Source of the DNA: Chlamydiales bacterium
Lineage (GTDB): Bacteria > Chlamydiota > Chlamydiia > Chlamydiales > JAAZZY01
Assembly: GCA_965206695.1 (NCBI GenBank)
Contig: CBDBKM010000002.1
Span: 160,001-224,000, forward strand
Length of the DNA: 64,000 bases
Reading direction: 5' to 3'
The translations under genes were made by a program, and so were the position numbers. The notes below the pieces were generated by a model. It did not search any database, was not told where the DNA came from, and was given only the letters and a program-made list of their open reading frames with translations. Shown here piece after piece: positions 21,650 through 32,630 of the stretch. Positions within the stretch are counted from its first letter, which is position 1; every line of letters begins with the position of its first letter.

Positions 21650-22555
21650 TAGACTTCTGTCGAAACTCATTGTGCCACCTCCAAATTGTAAATGCCGGCA
21701 ATTAGATTAAAACGAAGAGCAAACCTTTTACGCCTATTTCCGTAACGATCAGTTATAATCTTAAATCGCTTTAAACGGGCAATGACATGTTCATTGAGAA
21801 CTCGTTCTTTGGAAAGCTGTCGATTGCGTTTCTTATCATCTTTAGTCAATGGCTTCTTTTTACTTTTTTTCTTTGGCATTTGGGTCTTAGAGTGAATATC
21901 TTGTAGACCTTGATATCCGGTATCAGTCAACACATTTATTTCCGGACGGATTTGTATTTTTGACTCTTTGAATAATCTGAAATCATGTAGCTTGCCATTC
22001 GAGAATGTCGTACAGATTACTTGTTGCGTCTTCTTGTTCACAACAACCTGAGTTTTTAGCGTATATTTTTTCTTTTTTCCTGAGTAAAAATACTTCTGTT
22101 TTTTTTGGGCCTTTCAATACGCGTTTCTGTTGCATCGATTAAAATAACGTCATATTCAACATCGCTCTTTAGAAGAGCTTTGCGTCCGGGCAAAGAGAAA
22201 TCAGGGTGCTTGATTAATGTATCCTCGACCCACCTTACAGTTTTATAGGCAGTACTCTCACTAACACCGTAACTTTGACTCACATGGAAATAAGTCCCGT
22301 ATTCTCGGATATATTCTAGAGTCATAAGCAGCATATCCTTTATGCTTAGTGTGTTCTTCCTAATACCTTTAACTTTTTTGAGTTTGTTCGATTCTTCTAA
22401 AATCAACTGCATCCTATCAAATGTAGCTTTCTTAATGCCCGTTAGCCGACGAAATTTTTCGTCGTCTAAACTTTTAACTGTTTCAAACTTCATGTTATCC
22501 TCACTTATTTTAACAAGAACATTATTATCAAAAAATTAGTTTCGAAAAAAGTCTA
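21650..22555 (-). mobile_element. IS5-family (ISL2/IS1381-like) element, two ORFs joined by a probable -1 frameshift
   Basis: TIRs TAGACTTCTGTCGAAACT / AGTTTCGAAAAAAGTCTA; IDATE, A8 slippery run near 22100 restoring PKKKQKYFYSGKK, DTGYQG. Confidence 0.93.
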
Positions 22556-22575
22556 TTATAATATTTTGTTTAATT

Positions 22576-22653
22576 ACTCACCTTACGAACACACTCTCAT
22601 AAAGAGAGCTTGATTCTGTAGCTTGCTTATTAAAAAGCGTGCGTAAGGTGAGT
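22576..22653. mobile_element. 78-bp MITE with the same ends as the IS701-like element at 34081
   Basis: Perfect 12-bp TIRs ACTCACCTTACG / CGTAAGGTGAGT and 5-bp duplication TAATT on both sides. Confidence 0.9.
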
Positions 22654-22725
22654 TAATTATGCATTGCAGAAATTATTAGTTCTTCATATCTTGAAAAAAT
22701 ATATAAAAAGAAGGAAAATGACTGT

Positions 22726-23187
22726 ATGAATCCACCAGATCTTTATTTAATTTCTTTTATAGCCTTGTTCGTTGGGGCGATTTGCTGTTTTGTTTCTAAG
22801 AAACGAGGTCGTAGACCCTTACTTTGGTTTTTCTTAGGATTTTCTTTCGGAATTTTAATGATACTTCTCCTTTATATCCTTCCAAATAAAAATAGGCTTA
22901 CTCAGAAACCTGCATTTGTAGAATCCCGGTCAAATCCAATTTCCTATGCTCCGGAAAGCATGGTCGAAACGACAACTATTCATTTACCTCAAATTGAAGT
23001 AGGTGCTCATCCTTGGTACTATCTTGATGTGGAGGATCAACAGTTAGGACCTGTAGATTTTTCTGTGTTAAAACAAGAATGGAAAAATGAAAAGATCACT
23101 GCTCAGTCATTTATATGGACTCAAGGAATGAATGATTGGCAACGAATAACAGATTTTAGTGACATTGAAAGAGATCTAGATGAATGA
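22726..23187 (+). CDS. Membrane protein with C-terminal GYF_2 (DUF4339) domain
   Basis: Two TM helices; WYY.....Q.GP ... IW..GM.DW. Confidence 0.85.
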   Translation: MNPPDLYLISFIALFVGAICCFVSKKRGRRPLLWFFLGFSFGILMILLLYILPNKNRLTQKPAFVESRSNPISYAPESMVETTTIHLPQIEVGAHPWYYLDVEDQQLGPVDFSVLKQEWKNEKITAQSFIWTQGMNDWQRITDFSDIERDLDE

Positions 23188-23231
23188 TAACGCCCCTTTT
23201 GATTAAGAGGCATTGCGTAAGTAAAAAAGGA

Positions 23232-23537
23232 TTACCAGCTTGCTTTAAACACACCCGGAATCAAACCATCATTTGCCATATCTCTGAAGCAGATACGGGA
23301 CATTTTAAACTTTCGTAAATAACCACGACATCTTCCGGTAAGCAAACAACGATTTCTAAGTCGCACAGGAGAGGAGTTCGGTGATAATTTATTCAATTTC
23401 ATTCGAGCCTCTTGGCGCTCTTCTTCACTTTTATCAAGATTTTTAATAATCGCTTTTAGTTCTTGACGTTTTTCCCATTTCAGGCGAACAAGCCTTTCTC
23501 TTCGCTCTTGTTTGGCAATGGAAGAATTCTTGGCCAT
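23232..23537 (-). CDS. rpsN: 30S ribosomal protein S14
   Basis: RLRNRC.LTGR.RG, PGV.KASW. Confidence 0.98.
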   Translation of the reverse strand: MAKNSSIAKQERRERLVRLKWEKRQELKAIIKNLDKSEEERQEARMKLNKLSPNSSPVRLRNRCLLTGRCRGYLRKFKMSRICFRDMANDGLIPGVFKASW

Positions 23538-23553
23538 AGTCTATAACTCCTAT

Positions 23554-23691
23554 CTACTTTTTACGGGCAGGCCCTTTTTGACGCTGCTTACGATTTGGAT
23601 CTTTCTTATTAATGACATAAAGACGACCGTTGCGACGTACAATTATATCCCCTTTTAATGGGTCAGCCTTTACCGATGCTTTGACTTTCAT
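23554..23691 (-). CDS. rpmJ: 50S ribosomal protein L36 (Cys-less type)
   Basis: Manual translation [45 protein letters not shown]; below the ORF-track size cutoff. Confidence 0.96.
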   Translation of the reverse strand: MKVKASVKADPLKGDIIVRRNGRLYVINKKDPNRKQRQKGPARKK

Positions 23692-23824
23692 ATTCTCAAT
23701 CCGGTTATTAAATTTCTCAGTTACGTTTATAAAAGATTTCGTAATTTAACTCAATTGATTTCCCATAAATTAACATTGACAATCATTACCTAAACATGAG
23801 AGCATTTATTACATTAAAAATTTT

Positions 23825-24701
23825 ATGACTACTACTACTGAAGCAATAAAAGTTCCTAAATATAAAGACTTTATTTTAGGAGTGGGTCAATCTTTACCTC
23901 TCCTCATCGGGTATGCAACGATTGGCATTCCTTTTGGCATTTTAGCTTTTCAAATAGGGATGCCTCACAGGGCAATCATTTTCATGGGTGTTGGTATGCG
24001 TTTGTTCTTCCCAATGTCTAGCATTGAAGACTGCACGGATGCAGTCGACCCCCAAACTCGGTTACGACGGCAGAGGGTTTGAGAGGCAGCAACTGTTTGT
24101 TGGGCTATGCGATCGTTTCCTTTATTAAAACAACCTCTTGTGTTAGAGTATTATTGATTTTTAAATCTGATCCGCTGCGTGAGCGATAGAGTGCCTGTGG
24201 AATTGTAAATAATTCCTGAGCGTCGCCCAATATGGGTTAGCAAAGACGGAGCAGCGAAGAAGCAGGAAAAGAGCAGTGAGTCAAACACGATGTTTGGCGA
24301 GATCATAAGCTTCCAACACGAAAACTCTTATTGACATGGGTAATACCGATGAAACATATTCTTTAAATATGCATAAGTATATCCGATATAGTTCTTTAAC
24401 GATTCCCAATGTCTTAGGAACTAATATTGCGGCTCACATAGCGTTTGTATCGACTTATGCTATCGGAGCTTACATTGGTGAGGCCTTCACAGGGAATCTT
24501 AATTATCTAGCCGAAGCCATACCTGTAATAACCCTTCTAACTCTTCAAATAAGAAATTTAGAACATGTTATCTTGGCTATTTTGGCTTTCTTTTTCACAA
24601 GTCTGTTTATTAATTCCGAGTCCGGCAACTATATGGGAATTAAGAACCACCCCAAAAAGCTCAGAATGTGTAAAACGCTCCTAACAATTAATTTTTTATG
24701 A
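23825..24701 (+). pseudogene. azlC: AzlC-type branched-chain amino acid exporter, disrupted
   Basis: N-terminal SLPLLIGY..IGI.FG.LA and downstream TDETY motif; the middle (AGS.QF / VN.RH region) is replaced by a 330-bp insert. Confidence 0.8.
23989..24318 (-). mobile_element. 330-bp LTR-like foreign insert (TGTTGG...CCAACA)
   Basis: 6-7 bp terminal inverted repeat, about 46% GC by manual count versus AT-rich flanks, minus-strand TATA-like box then AATAAA; no target duplication. Confidence 0.55.
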
Positions 24702-24773
24702 TTTTCAACCAAAAAAAAAATCTCTATTGCTATACTGTGGAACTAAAAAATTTTTCCTGCTGAAATTAAAACT

Positions 24774-26207
24774 ATGAAAGAAGATAAGATCCCTACCATT
24801 AAGCTTTTTAATACAGCTACCGGGGAAAAAGAAAATCTTAGCCCGATCGTTCCCGGTGAGATTAAAATGTATACTTGTGGACCGACAGTATATGATTACG
24901 CTCACATTGGTAACTTCCGTACTTATATTTTCGAAGATATCTTACGTAGAACCTTAAAATTTTTTGGCTTCAAAGTCACTCAAGTTATGAATTTAACAGA
25001 TGTTGATGATAAAACAATTAAAGGTGCTATAGCACAAGGCTACTCCTTAGATGAATATACCGATCAATATAAAAGAGCTTTTTTTGATGATATAAGCACA
25101 CTAAATATTGAGACGGTAGAAGCTTATCCTGCTGCAACCGATTATATCGACGATATGATTCGAATGATTGAAACGCTATTAAAAAAAAAGTACGCCTACA
25201 AAAGTAAGGATAATAGCATTTACTATAGTATTAAAAAATTTCCTAAATATGGTTGTTTATCTCATCTAAATATGGATGATTTACAAGTCAATGCTTCCAC
25301 AAGAATTTCCGGCGATGAATATGACAAAGAATACATTTCCGATTTTGTCTTATGGAAAAGTTATAATGAGCACAGAGATGGGGGCCTCTACTGGGATAGT
25401 CCTTTTGGGCCGGGACGTCCGGGGTGGCATTTAGAATGCTCAACTATGGCAATGAAACTTTTAGGTGAAACCATCGACATACATGTCGGAGGAGTAGACA
25501 ATATTTTTCCTCATCATGAAAACGAGATAGCTCAATCAGAAGCTTGTAGCGAAAAAACATTTGCTAACGTCTGGATGCATGCCGAACATCTCATTGTAGA
25601 TGGGAAAAAAATGTCTAAAAGTTTAGGGAATTTTTATACTCTAAGGGATTTACTAGATCGCAAATACTCAAGTATGCAAGTACGTTATATGTTATTGCAA
25701 ACTCATTATAAAACGCCTCTTAACTTTACTTTAGAGGGTCTAAAGGCTGCCGGACATGCTTTAGATCGACTCAATACCTTCATTGATCGAATGCTTAAAA
25801 TCAAAACTCGAGAATCTTCTCATCAAGTTGATGATCTGATACGAAACACTAAACAACAATTTTTACATGCCTTATCTGATGACCTAAATATCTCTAGTGC
25901 ATTAGCATCTATTTTTGATTTAATCCGAGCAATCAATACTTTATCGGATGCTAATCGGGTCAGCCAAGATGATGCTTTAGCTATACTCGATATTTTAAAA
26001 TCTTTTAACTCTGTCTTAGGCGCTATGTCTTTTAAATCTGTAACAGAAACCCTTCCTGAAGAAATTGAACAAGCGCTGCAAAAAAGGGAGAAGGCCAGAA
26101 AAGATAAAAACTGGGCTCTTTCTGATAAGCTAAGAGATTATATTATCAACGAAGGCTATCATATTGAAGACACTCCAACCGGGACAGTTATAAAACCAAA
26201 AAATTAG
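24774..26207 (+). CDS. cysS: Cysteine--tRNA ligase
   Basis: CGPTVY, HIGN, GRPGWH.EC, KMSKS. Confidence 0.98.
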   Translation: MKEDKIPTIKLFNTATGEKENLSPIVPGEIKMYTCGPTVYDYAHIGNFRTYIFEDILRRTLKFFGFKVTQVMNLTDVDDKTIKGAIAQGYSLDEYTDQYKRAFFDDISTLNIETVEAYPAATDYIDDMIRMIETLLKKKYAYKSKDNSIYYSIKKFPKYGCLSHLNMDDLQVNASTRISGDEYDKEYISDFVLWKSYNEHRDGGLYWDSPFGPGRPGWHLECSTMAMKLLGETIDIHVGGVDNIFPHHENEIAQSEACSEKTFANVWMHAEHLIVDGKKMSKSLGNFYTLRDLLDRKYSSMQVRYMLLQTHYKTPLNFTLEGLKAAGHALDRLNTFIDRMLKIKTRESSHQVDDLIRNTKQQFLHALSDDLNISSALASIFDLIRAINTLSDANRVSQDDALAILDILKSFNSVLGAMSFKSVTETLPEEIEQALQKREKARKDKNWALSDKLRDYIINEGYHIEDTPTGTVIKPKN

Positions 26208-27833
26208 TTATCCTTTGGGTTTCATAAGAGGAAAATATAAAACATCCCGAATGGAAATATTGTTTGTAAATAACATAACAATACGGTCAACTCCCATACC
26301 CATACCACCTGCCGGTGGCATACCTTGACAAAGAGCCTCAATAAAGTCTTCATCTAAAGGATGAGCTTCTTCATCACCTGATTCTTTTCTTTTGACCTGA
26401 TCTTCAAAAAGCTTTCGTTGAATCACAGGATCATTCAATTCCGTATAAGCATTGCAAATTTCATTTCCCAGAATATAACTTTCGAATCGTTCGACTATTC
26501 CATTATTTGCCTCATCAGGGTCTCTATGAGGCTTACATAAAGGTGTTGTCTCGATAGGATGATCAATGACATGAACCGGTTGAATCAAGTGCTCTTCAAC
26601 CTTGCTTTCAAATAGCAGGGAAATCATCAATCCTTTAGAAGCCGTCTTTATTAATTTTGGATCTTCTTCTCCGATTTCCGAAAGCAACTTCCTAAGTTCC
26701 TCAATATCCATTGCATCTACATCAATATTAGCATATTGCTTAATACCAAGTTTCATCGGCAAACGTGTCCAAGGCGCTTTCATATCAAGATTAATAATCT
26801 CATCATTAGAATTCTTAAAAGGAACAACTGTAGTCCCAAAAAGTTCTTTAGCTAATCTTTCGAAAAAGTTTTCAACAAAACACATCATATTATTGTAGTC
26901 CCAATAAGCAGCATAAGCCTCGACCTCTGTAAATTCCGGATTATGTGTCTTATCTATCCCTTCATTTCTAAATACTTTTCCAATTTCAAAAACTTTAGAA
27001 ATTCCACCAACTAATAATTTTTTTAAATCGATCTCTAAAGAAATGCGTAAGAACATTTGTTGATGATCTAATGCATTCAAATGCGTTATAAAAGGTTTGG
27101 CATTGGCTCCACCGTAAATGTTTTGTAAGATAGGAGTTTCCACTTCTAAAAAACCTTCTTCCATGCAGTAGCTTCTTAAAATTGAAATAATATTTGAACG
27201 AGTAACAAAGGTATCCACAACTTCAGGTGTACTAATAAGATCTAGCCAACGTTTTCGATAACGTATTTCCTTATCTGCTAAACCACTATGCTTATCGGGT
27301 AAGGGTAATAATGCCTTACATAAGAGTGTGACTTTCTTAGCAAAAATAGTCAGCTCTCTTTTTTGAGTTCTAAAAAGGTTACCTTCAATACCAATGATAT
27401 CTCCTAAATCTATTTTCTTTTCGATGAATTTAATGTGATTTAACGGTTCTTCTGAGCGCGAGGGATCATAACTTTCAACAATAGTTTTATCACGATTGAA
27501 CATCACCTGTATTCGAGCGGTTTCATCTTGAATATGTCCAAAAGCGTTTTTACCCATAGCTCTAAAAAGAATTAGGCGCCCGGCAACAATGACATTAGGA
27601 GTGTCGGCATTCGATGCATCTTCACTATTCCCTATGCTTTCTGATTCATATTCCTCGGCTAAAGATTTGGCTTGTTTCGTTGGAGTAAAATAATGGGGGT
27701 AAGGCTTGACCCCTAATGCTTGAATTTCTTTCAGCTTTTTTGAACGATTAATAAATTCTTCTTGTTTGTGATATTCAGGTAACTCAGACATATTTTCCTT
27801 TATAAAATAATCGGATTCTAATTTTGAAGGCAT
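26208..27833 (-). CDS. lysS: Lysine--tRNA ligase (class II); true start possibly 27791
   Basis: GGANAKPF, FRNEGID, GMPPAGG.G.G.DR. Confidence 0.98.
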   Translation of the reverse strand: MPSKLESDYFIKENMSELPEYHKQEEFINRSKKLKEIQALGVKPYPHYFTPTKQAKSLAEEYESESIGNSEDASNADTPNVIVAGRLILFRAMGKNAFGHIQDETARIQVMFNRDKTIVESYDPSRSEEPLNHIKFIEKKIDLGDIIGIEGNLFRTQKRELTIFAKKVTLLCKALLPLPDKHSGLADKEIRYRKRWLDLISTPEVVDTFVTRSNIISILRSYCMEEGFLEVETPILQNIYGGANAKPFITHLNALDHQQMFLRISLEIDLKKLLVGGISKVFEIGKVFRNEGIDKTHNPEFTEVEAYAAYWDYNNMMCFVENFFERLAKELFGTTVVPFKNSNDEIINLDMKAPWTRLPMKLGIKQYANIDVDAMDIEELRKLLSEIGEEDPKLIKTASKGLMISLLFESKVEEHLIQPVHVIDHPIETTPLCKPHRDPDEANNGIVERFESYILGNEICNAYTELNDPVIQRKLFEDQVKRKESGDEEAHPLDEDFIEALCQGMPPAGGMGMGVDRIVMLFTNNISIRDVLYFPLMKPKG

Positions 27834-27886
27834 TTTACTTCTCTTGTTTTAATTAATCAATCTCATTAAAGAGTTCTTAAGAAGAT

Positions 27887-27931
27887 TAGACTTGTTGCGA
27901 ACTAACTTTTTAGAAGCGAACAGATGATTAA
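27887..27931. mobile_element. IS5-like end relic abutting IS1380
   Basis: TAGACTTGTTGCGAACT resembles the IS5 ends at 21650 and 37186. Confidence 0.45.
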
Positions 27932-29331
27932 CCCGAATATTTCATAAAAATCGAAAAAAAGAATGAGTATTTTTACTTAACTTGTTAAAGTATAGTTGCA
28001 TTAAACATAACAAATAAGAAAAATATTCATGATAAAATGTAACACAAAACAAATCAATTTTTCACCCATAAAATCTAAAAGAATAGAATATTCTTTTACC
28101 GGCGGTAACATTACAAGTGATGGTGGGGTTATTTTACTGCGTCAAGTCGATAAAAAGCTAAAGCTGACTGAACAAGCAACCGATTGTATACCTGATAAAC
28201 GCAATCCTAATTATGTGACATATAGCACACTCGAAATGCTGCGTCAAAGAGTATATGGTATTGCTTTGGGTTATGAGGATTTAAACGATCATGATAAACT
28301 TAAAGATGACGGTGCTATTCAAACGGCAATTGATTTTGAACATCCTTTAGCAAGTAGTCCTATACTGTGCCGTTTTGAAAACCGAGCAGACAGAGAAGCC
28401 GCAGTTAAAATTAGTCGCATTTTAGTTGAATCATTTAAAAAACCTCCTCAAGAGCTTATTTTAGATTTTGATGCTACTGATTATCCCGTACATGGTAATC
28501 AGGAAGGGAAATTTTACCATGGATATTATAGAAAAGACTGCTTCTTACCGCTGCATGTTTTTTGCGGTAGTCATTTGCTTGTCTCCTATCTTAGAAGAAG
28601 TAGTGAAGATCAGGCAAAACATTCTTGGACTGTTTTATCTCTTTTAGTCAAAAGGCTACGACAGGTGTGGCCGGATTGTTCTATTATATTTCGTGCAGAC
28701 AGCGGCTTTTGCAGGCATAAGATTTTTGATTGGTGTGAGAAAAACCAAGTTGATTTTGTTGTAGGTATCGCAGGAAATAAATGCTTAAAAAGAGAAATCA
28801 CAGAAACAATGAATGAAGCAGAAAAACGTTTCAAGGAAACACAGGAAAAGCAGCGTTTATTTACTTCTTTTCTCTATGCTGCAAAGAGTTGAAAAAAAGA
28901 AAGAAGAATGATAGCTAAAGCAGAACATACTTCTAAAGGTGCCAATCCTCGATTTACCGTAACCTCTCTTACGAACGATCCGCAAAAAATTTATGATAAA
29001 AGTTATTGTGCAAGAGGAGATCCGGAAAACCGTATTAAAGAACAGTTACTCTTATTTTCGGATCGTACCTCCTGTCATAAATGGTGGCCTAATCAATTAC
29101 GGCTTTTATTTTCTGCTTATTGCACATCGAATCTCGCATTGGTAAAAAGTGACAGAACCACGTCACTCCAACTTTAAGAAGAAGGCGTGTAAAATAGTTG
29201 GGGGTAAGGGGGAGGTGTGTCCTGCAATCATCTTATTTTTTGACAAACAGAGCATTTTCACTAATTTATCCTTTTTTCTAAAATTCAAGCCTCTTACGGA
29301 AAGTATCAATGAGTTTTAGGAAATATTCGGG
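27932..29331 (+). mobile_element. IS1380-family element copy 1, transposase pseudogene
   Basis: TIRs CCCGAATATTTC / GAAATATTCGGG; TSDGG, LDFDATD, RADSGF; TGG>TGA nonsense at 28890 and a 3' deletion relative to copy 2. Confidence 0.93.
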
Positions 29332-29664
29332 TTAGATGCTTTTATTAGAGTGCTTGTTGAACTTCGTACCTCTCAGATTAATGGCTGTGTATCTTGCATT
29401 AAGATGCATTCAGACGAAGCTAAAATAATTGGCATTAGTGAAGAAAAGCTTCAAGCATTACCGCACCGGTCTTCTTCTGATCTTTTTACAGATAAAGAAA
29501 AAGCTGCTTTTGGTTGGTGCGAAAAAGTCAATCACTTGGAAAAAGATCATACTGAAAGTATAGCTTCATTATCGGATCATTATTCCGATAGAGAAATCGT
29601 AGACTTAACTCTTTGTATCTCCCTTATGAACGCTTTAAATAGAATGGCCATCTTTTTAAGATAA
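29332..29664 (+). pseudogene. AhpD/carboxymuconolactone decarboxylase family protein, 5'-truncated by IS1380
   Basis: LVELR.SQINGC..C..MH; N-terminus missing at the IS end. Confidence 0.8.
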
Positions 29665-29734
29665 GTATTTTAATCTTGTCTGAGTATTGAAGAATTGATA
29701 CATCTATTCTTTTCAATACCTATGAATGTAGTCA

Positions 29735-31258
29735 ATGACTTCTACTGAGAAGAAAAAACGCTTATTAGCTAGTATTGGTATTTTATCAGGTATCTTTATT
29801 TGCGCTTTAGATTGGTCTATTGTTAGCACTGCTCTACCTGTCATTCAAAATAAATTAAATACCTCTATTGTTGAACTCCAATGGATCATGAATATCTTTG
29901 GGGTGTGTATATCATCCCTTTTAGTGACCATGGGACGAATATCTGATCTATATGGAAGAAGACGTATATTTCTAATAGGCATTACTATTTTCGGTATATC
30001 TTCTGTATTAGGAGGGATGGCGCCTAACGCTACCTGGCTTTTAATTTGTAGGGGATTTCAAGGTATATCGGCATCTATCTTATTTCCCGGCTCTCAATCT
30101 TTAATGATACATGCTTATCCTGATGAACAAAAGGGAAGAGCTTTAGGTATCTGGTCTGCTGTAACCGGTATAGCTTTATCTTTAGGCCCTGTTTTAGGAG
30201 GGATAATTGTCTCTTTCTTAAGTTGGCGCTGGATATTTTATATTAACTTTCCGATAGCTGTTTTTAGTTTTATATTTGTCCGCCTATCCGTCTTAGAATC
30301 CAAGGATACCGAAGGGAATATGAAAATCGATTGGTGGGGTGTTACCTTTCTAACATTGACTATTGCCACATTAGTGATATCTATTATTCAAGCTCCTATC
30401 TGGGGATGGAATAGCCCGGTTTTCATTATTTTGTTTGTCATCGGATGTCTTTTATTGATTATTTTTTTACTAATAGAGAAAAAAGTGGAGTATCCGATCA
30501 TTAAAATAGAGCTGTTTTTAAAGCCTGCTTTTATAAGAAGCTCTATTACCAATTTTAGTTTAGTTTTTTATGTATGGTCTATTTTCTTTTTAATGCCACT
30601 ATATCTACATAATGTATTGAATTTTGAACCATATCTTGTCGGATTTGTGATGCTTGCTATCACTCTTCCCCTGGCAGCGGTGTCATTTACTGCAGGCCAC
30701 ATATATGATAGGAAAGGGATCAAATTTCTATTAATTCCTTCCTATATATTTCTTATTGTATCCATCTTTCTTCAGACCTTTTTAAGCTCATCTTTTCAAC
30801 CGGGTATTTTGATAGCAGCTTTATTGATTATGGGAATAGGTTGGGGGTTTATATGGAGCCCTTCAACAACAGCCGGGATATCTACACTCCCTAAAAATGT
30901 TTCTAATCTAGCAGCTGGAGCTTTAGCTACTATGCAAGAAATAGGAGGAGCTGTAGGTTTAGCGATTGCTGGGTCTTTATTTCGTTATTACGATCAACTC
31001 GCTTTGGATAGAAGCTTAAAAGAGGAAGGGATCGTACTGTCTGATTCTAAATTACAAATGCTAAGAAGTCTTATGGACGATCCTGAAGCTTTTAAAAAGC
31101 ATTTTCAATCGTTTGGTTCCCAAACGACAAAAATCCCAGAGCTAGTCAAAAGCTCTTTTATGAGTGGGTTTACAACTACGATGTGGTTGTTATTTGTTTT
31201 GCTTGTGGTAGCTCTTGTACTTTGTTTGTTTCTTTTGCCTAAAAAAGAGACAAACTAA
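29735..31258 (+). CDS. DHA2 (14-TM, EmrB/QacA-like) MFS efflux transporter
   Basis: D..IV..ALP, GRISD.YGRRR, GP.LGG, WRWIF.IN.P. Confidence 0.92.
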   Translation: MTSTEKKKRLLASIGILSGIFICALDWSIVSTALPVIQNKLNTSIVELQWIMNIFGVCISSLLVTMGRISDLYGRRRIFLIGITIFGISSVLGGMAPNATWLLICRGFQGISASILFPGSQSLMIHAYPDEQKGRALGIWSAVTGIALSLGPVLGGIIVSFLSWRWIFYINFPIAVFSFIFVRLSVLESKDTEGNMKIDWWGVTFLTLTIATLVISIIQAPIWGWNSPVFIILFVIGCLLLIIFLLIEKKVEYPIIKIELFLKPAFIRSSITNFSLVFYVWSIFFLMPLYLHNVLNFEPYLVGFVMLAITLPLAAVSFTAGHIYDRKGIKFLLIPSYIFLIVSIFLQTFLSSSFQPGILIAALLIMGIGWGFIWSPSTTAGISTLPKNVSNLAAGALATMQEIGGAVGLAIAGSLFRYYDQLALDRSLKEEGIVLSDSKLQMLRSLMDDPEAFKKHFQSFGSQTTKIPELVKSSFMSGFTTTMWLLFVLLVVALVLCLFLLPKKETN

Positions 31259-31418
31259 TCTTTAGCAAAGCTCATAGTTTTAAACTCTTTTCGACTTAAG
31301 AACCAGTAGACTAGTAAATTAACCCCGCACAGGACAAAATAAGTGATAAATAGAGGCTTTTGATTATTTGATCTTAAAAGAGAGCCAAAGCCGGTGATAA
31401 TAGATGCTATAATGATAA

Positions 31419-31560
31419 TTGACAGCTCCCAACCCGAAAGGGAAGGGATTCCTAATTCATCGACCACTGCTAACAAACAAGCTAGTCTAACATGATCTCC
31501 AAAGGCTTAAATTACCGACTGCCCTGCGGTATCGAGATTAATAGATGCATTAAGATCTCT
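31419..31560 (-). ncRNA. TnpB omega/reRNA scaffold (guide continues into flank: TTATCATTATAGCATCT...)
   Basis: Conserved right-end sequence shared by three copies, overlapping the tnpB 3' end; 5' limit approximate. Confidence 0.7.
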
Positions 31561-32610
31561 ATCGTGTGTTACTTTGCAGTTTGGACACTGCCAACTTCTC
31601 ACACTTAAATCTAAAATTTCTATTTGGTACCGGCAGGCAGAGCATAGTTTTGAACCGGCAAAAAATTGATCTAATTCCACTATATTTCTTCCGTACCATT
31701 TACACTTATACTTTAAAAATGTTAAAAACCGGCTCCATCCTGCATCCGATATATGCTTGGAAAGTTTTTTATTTTTTAACATCTTATTAATATTTAACCC
31801 TTCTATCGTGATCGTTTGGTTTTCACGAGCCAACTTTGTAGAAAGTTTATGATGAAAGTCCTGCCTTATATTTTTTATCTTCGAATGTATCGAAGCCACC
31901 GATCTTCTTTTTTTGAGTCTGTTTTTACCTTTGACTTTAGCTTTGCTAAGAGAACGTTGTTTTCTTTTTAGTCTTTTCTTATGAAATCTAAAAGGTTTAG
32001 GTGCCGTAATCTTTTTCCCTGTAGAAAGAGTTGCGAATGTCGTTAATCCTAAATCTATACCGACAGAATTATTTCTCTTCTCAAAAGGGATCACTTCTTC
32101 TTCTACTAATAGGCTCACAAAATACCTGTCACAAGAGTCTTTTGTGATTGTTATACCTGTTGGTGCACCTAAAAAACACCTTGACCAATGTATTTTTAAT
32201 CTGTCTTTAGATTTTGCAATCTTAAGATTAACCCCATCCCAACTAAATGCTGACTTAGTTAATCGTATTGCCTGCGTACTGTGTTTGTTTTTAAAGCGAG
32301 GGAAATTTGACCTTTTTTTAAAAAAGTTTAAAAAAGCTCTATCAAGATCTCTAAGACTTTGTTGCAGACAAACAGAAGAAACTTCGTTTAACCAAAGAAA
32401 CTCTTTGTTTTGCTTAAGACTTGTCAAGAATGCCGATGTTTTAGAATAACTTACATTCTCTTTGTATTCCTGATATTTCTTGATCTTAAAGTTTAAAGCT
32501 TGATTATATACAACTCCGGAACATCCAAAGCTTTTTGTAAGCAACTCCTTTTGTTTTTTCGTTGGATAGAATCTAAATTTATATGCTTTTTTGATCATCA
32601 TGTATTGCAT
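31507..32610 (-). CDS. tnpB: RNA-guided endonuclease TnpB
   Basis: AYKFRFYP; RuvC D (GIDLG), E (IEGL), D (DRD.NAS); CSAC/CPNC zinc finger. Confidence 0.96.
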   Translation of the reverse strand: MQYMMIKKAYKFRFYPTKKQKELLTKSFGCSGVVYNQALNFKIKKYQEYKENVSYSKTSAFLTSLKQNKEFLWLNEVSSVCLQQSLRDLDRAFLNFFKKRSNFPRFKNKHSTQAIRLTKSAFSWDGVNLKIAKSKDRLKIHWSRCFLGAPTGITITKDSCDRYFVSLLVEEEVIPFEKRNNSVGIDLGLTTFATLSTGKKITAPKPFRFHKKRLKRKQRSLSKAKVKGKNRLKKRRSVASIHSKIKNIRQDFHHKLSTKLARENQTITIEGLNINKMLKNKKLSKHISDAGWSRFLTFLKYKCKWYGRNIVELDQFFAGSKLCSACRYQIEILDLSVRSWQCPNCKVTHDRDLNASINLDTAGQSVI

Positions 32611-32630
32611 TATATGTCCGGTATATATAT

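Noticed and set aside
23989..24318. Insert as group II intron, retron ncRNA, tmRNA or RNase P RNA (it has several short hairpins, e.g. GACTGCA-CGGA-TGCAGTC)
   Set aside because: No GTGCG start or domain V, no reverse transcriptase nearby, no tRNA-like ends or GAGGAAAGTCC; the LTR-like reading fits better
23983..24341. CATGGGT direct repeat as a target duplication
   Set aside because: The bases between CCAACA and the second repeat look like azlC (KLLLTW), and excision would still leave AzlC lacking its middle; probably chance
31255..31476. 73-aa ORF as a real gene
   Set aside because: Chimera of the IS605 right end and the MFS remnant
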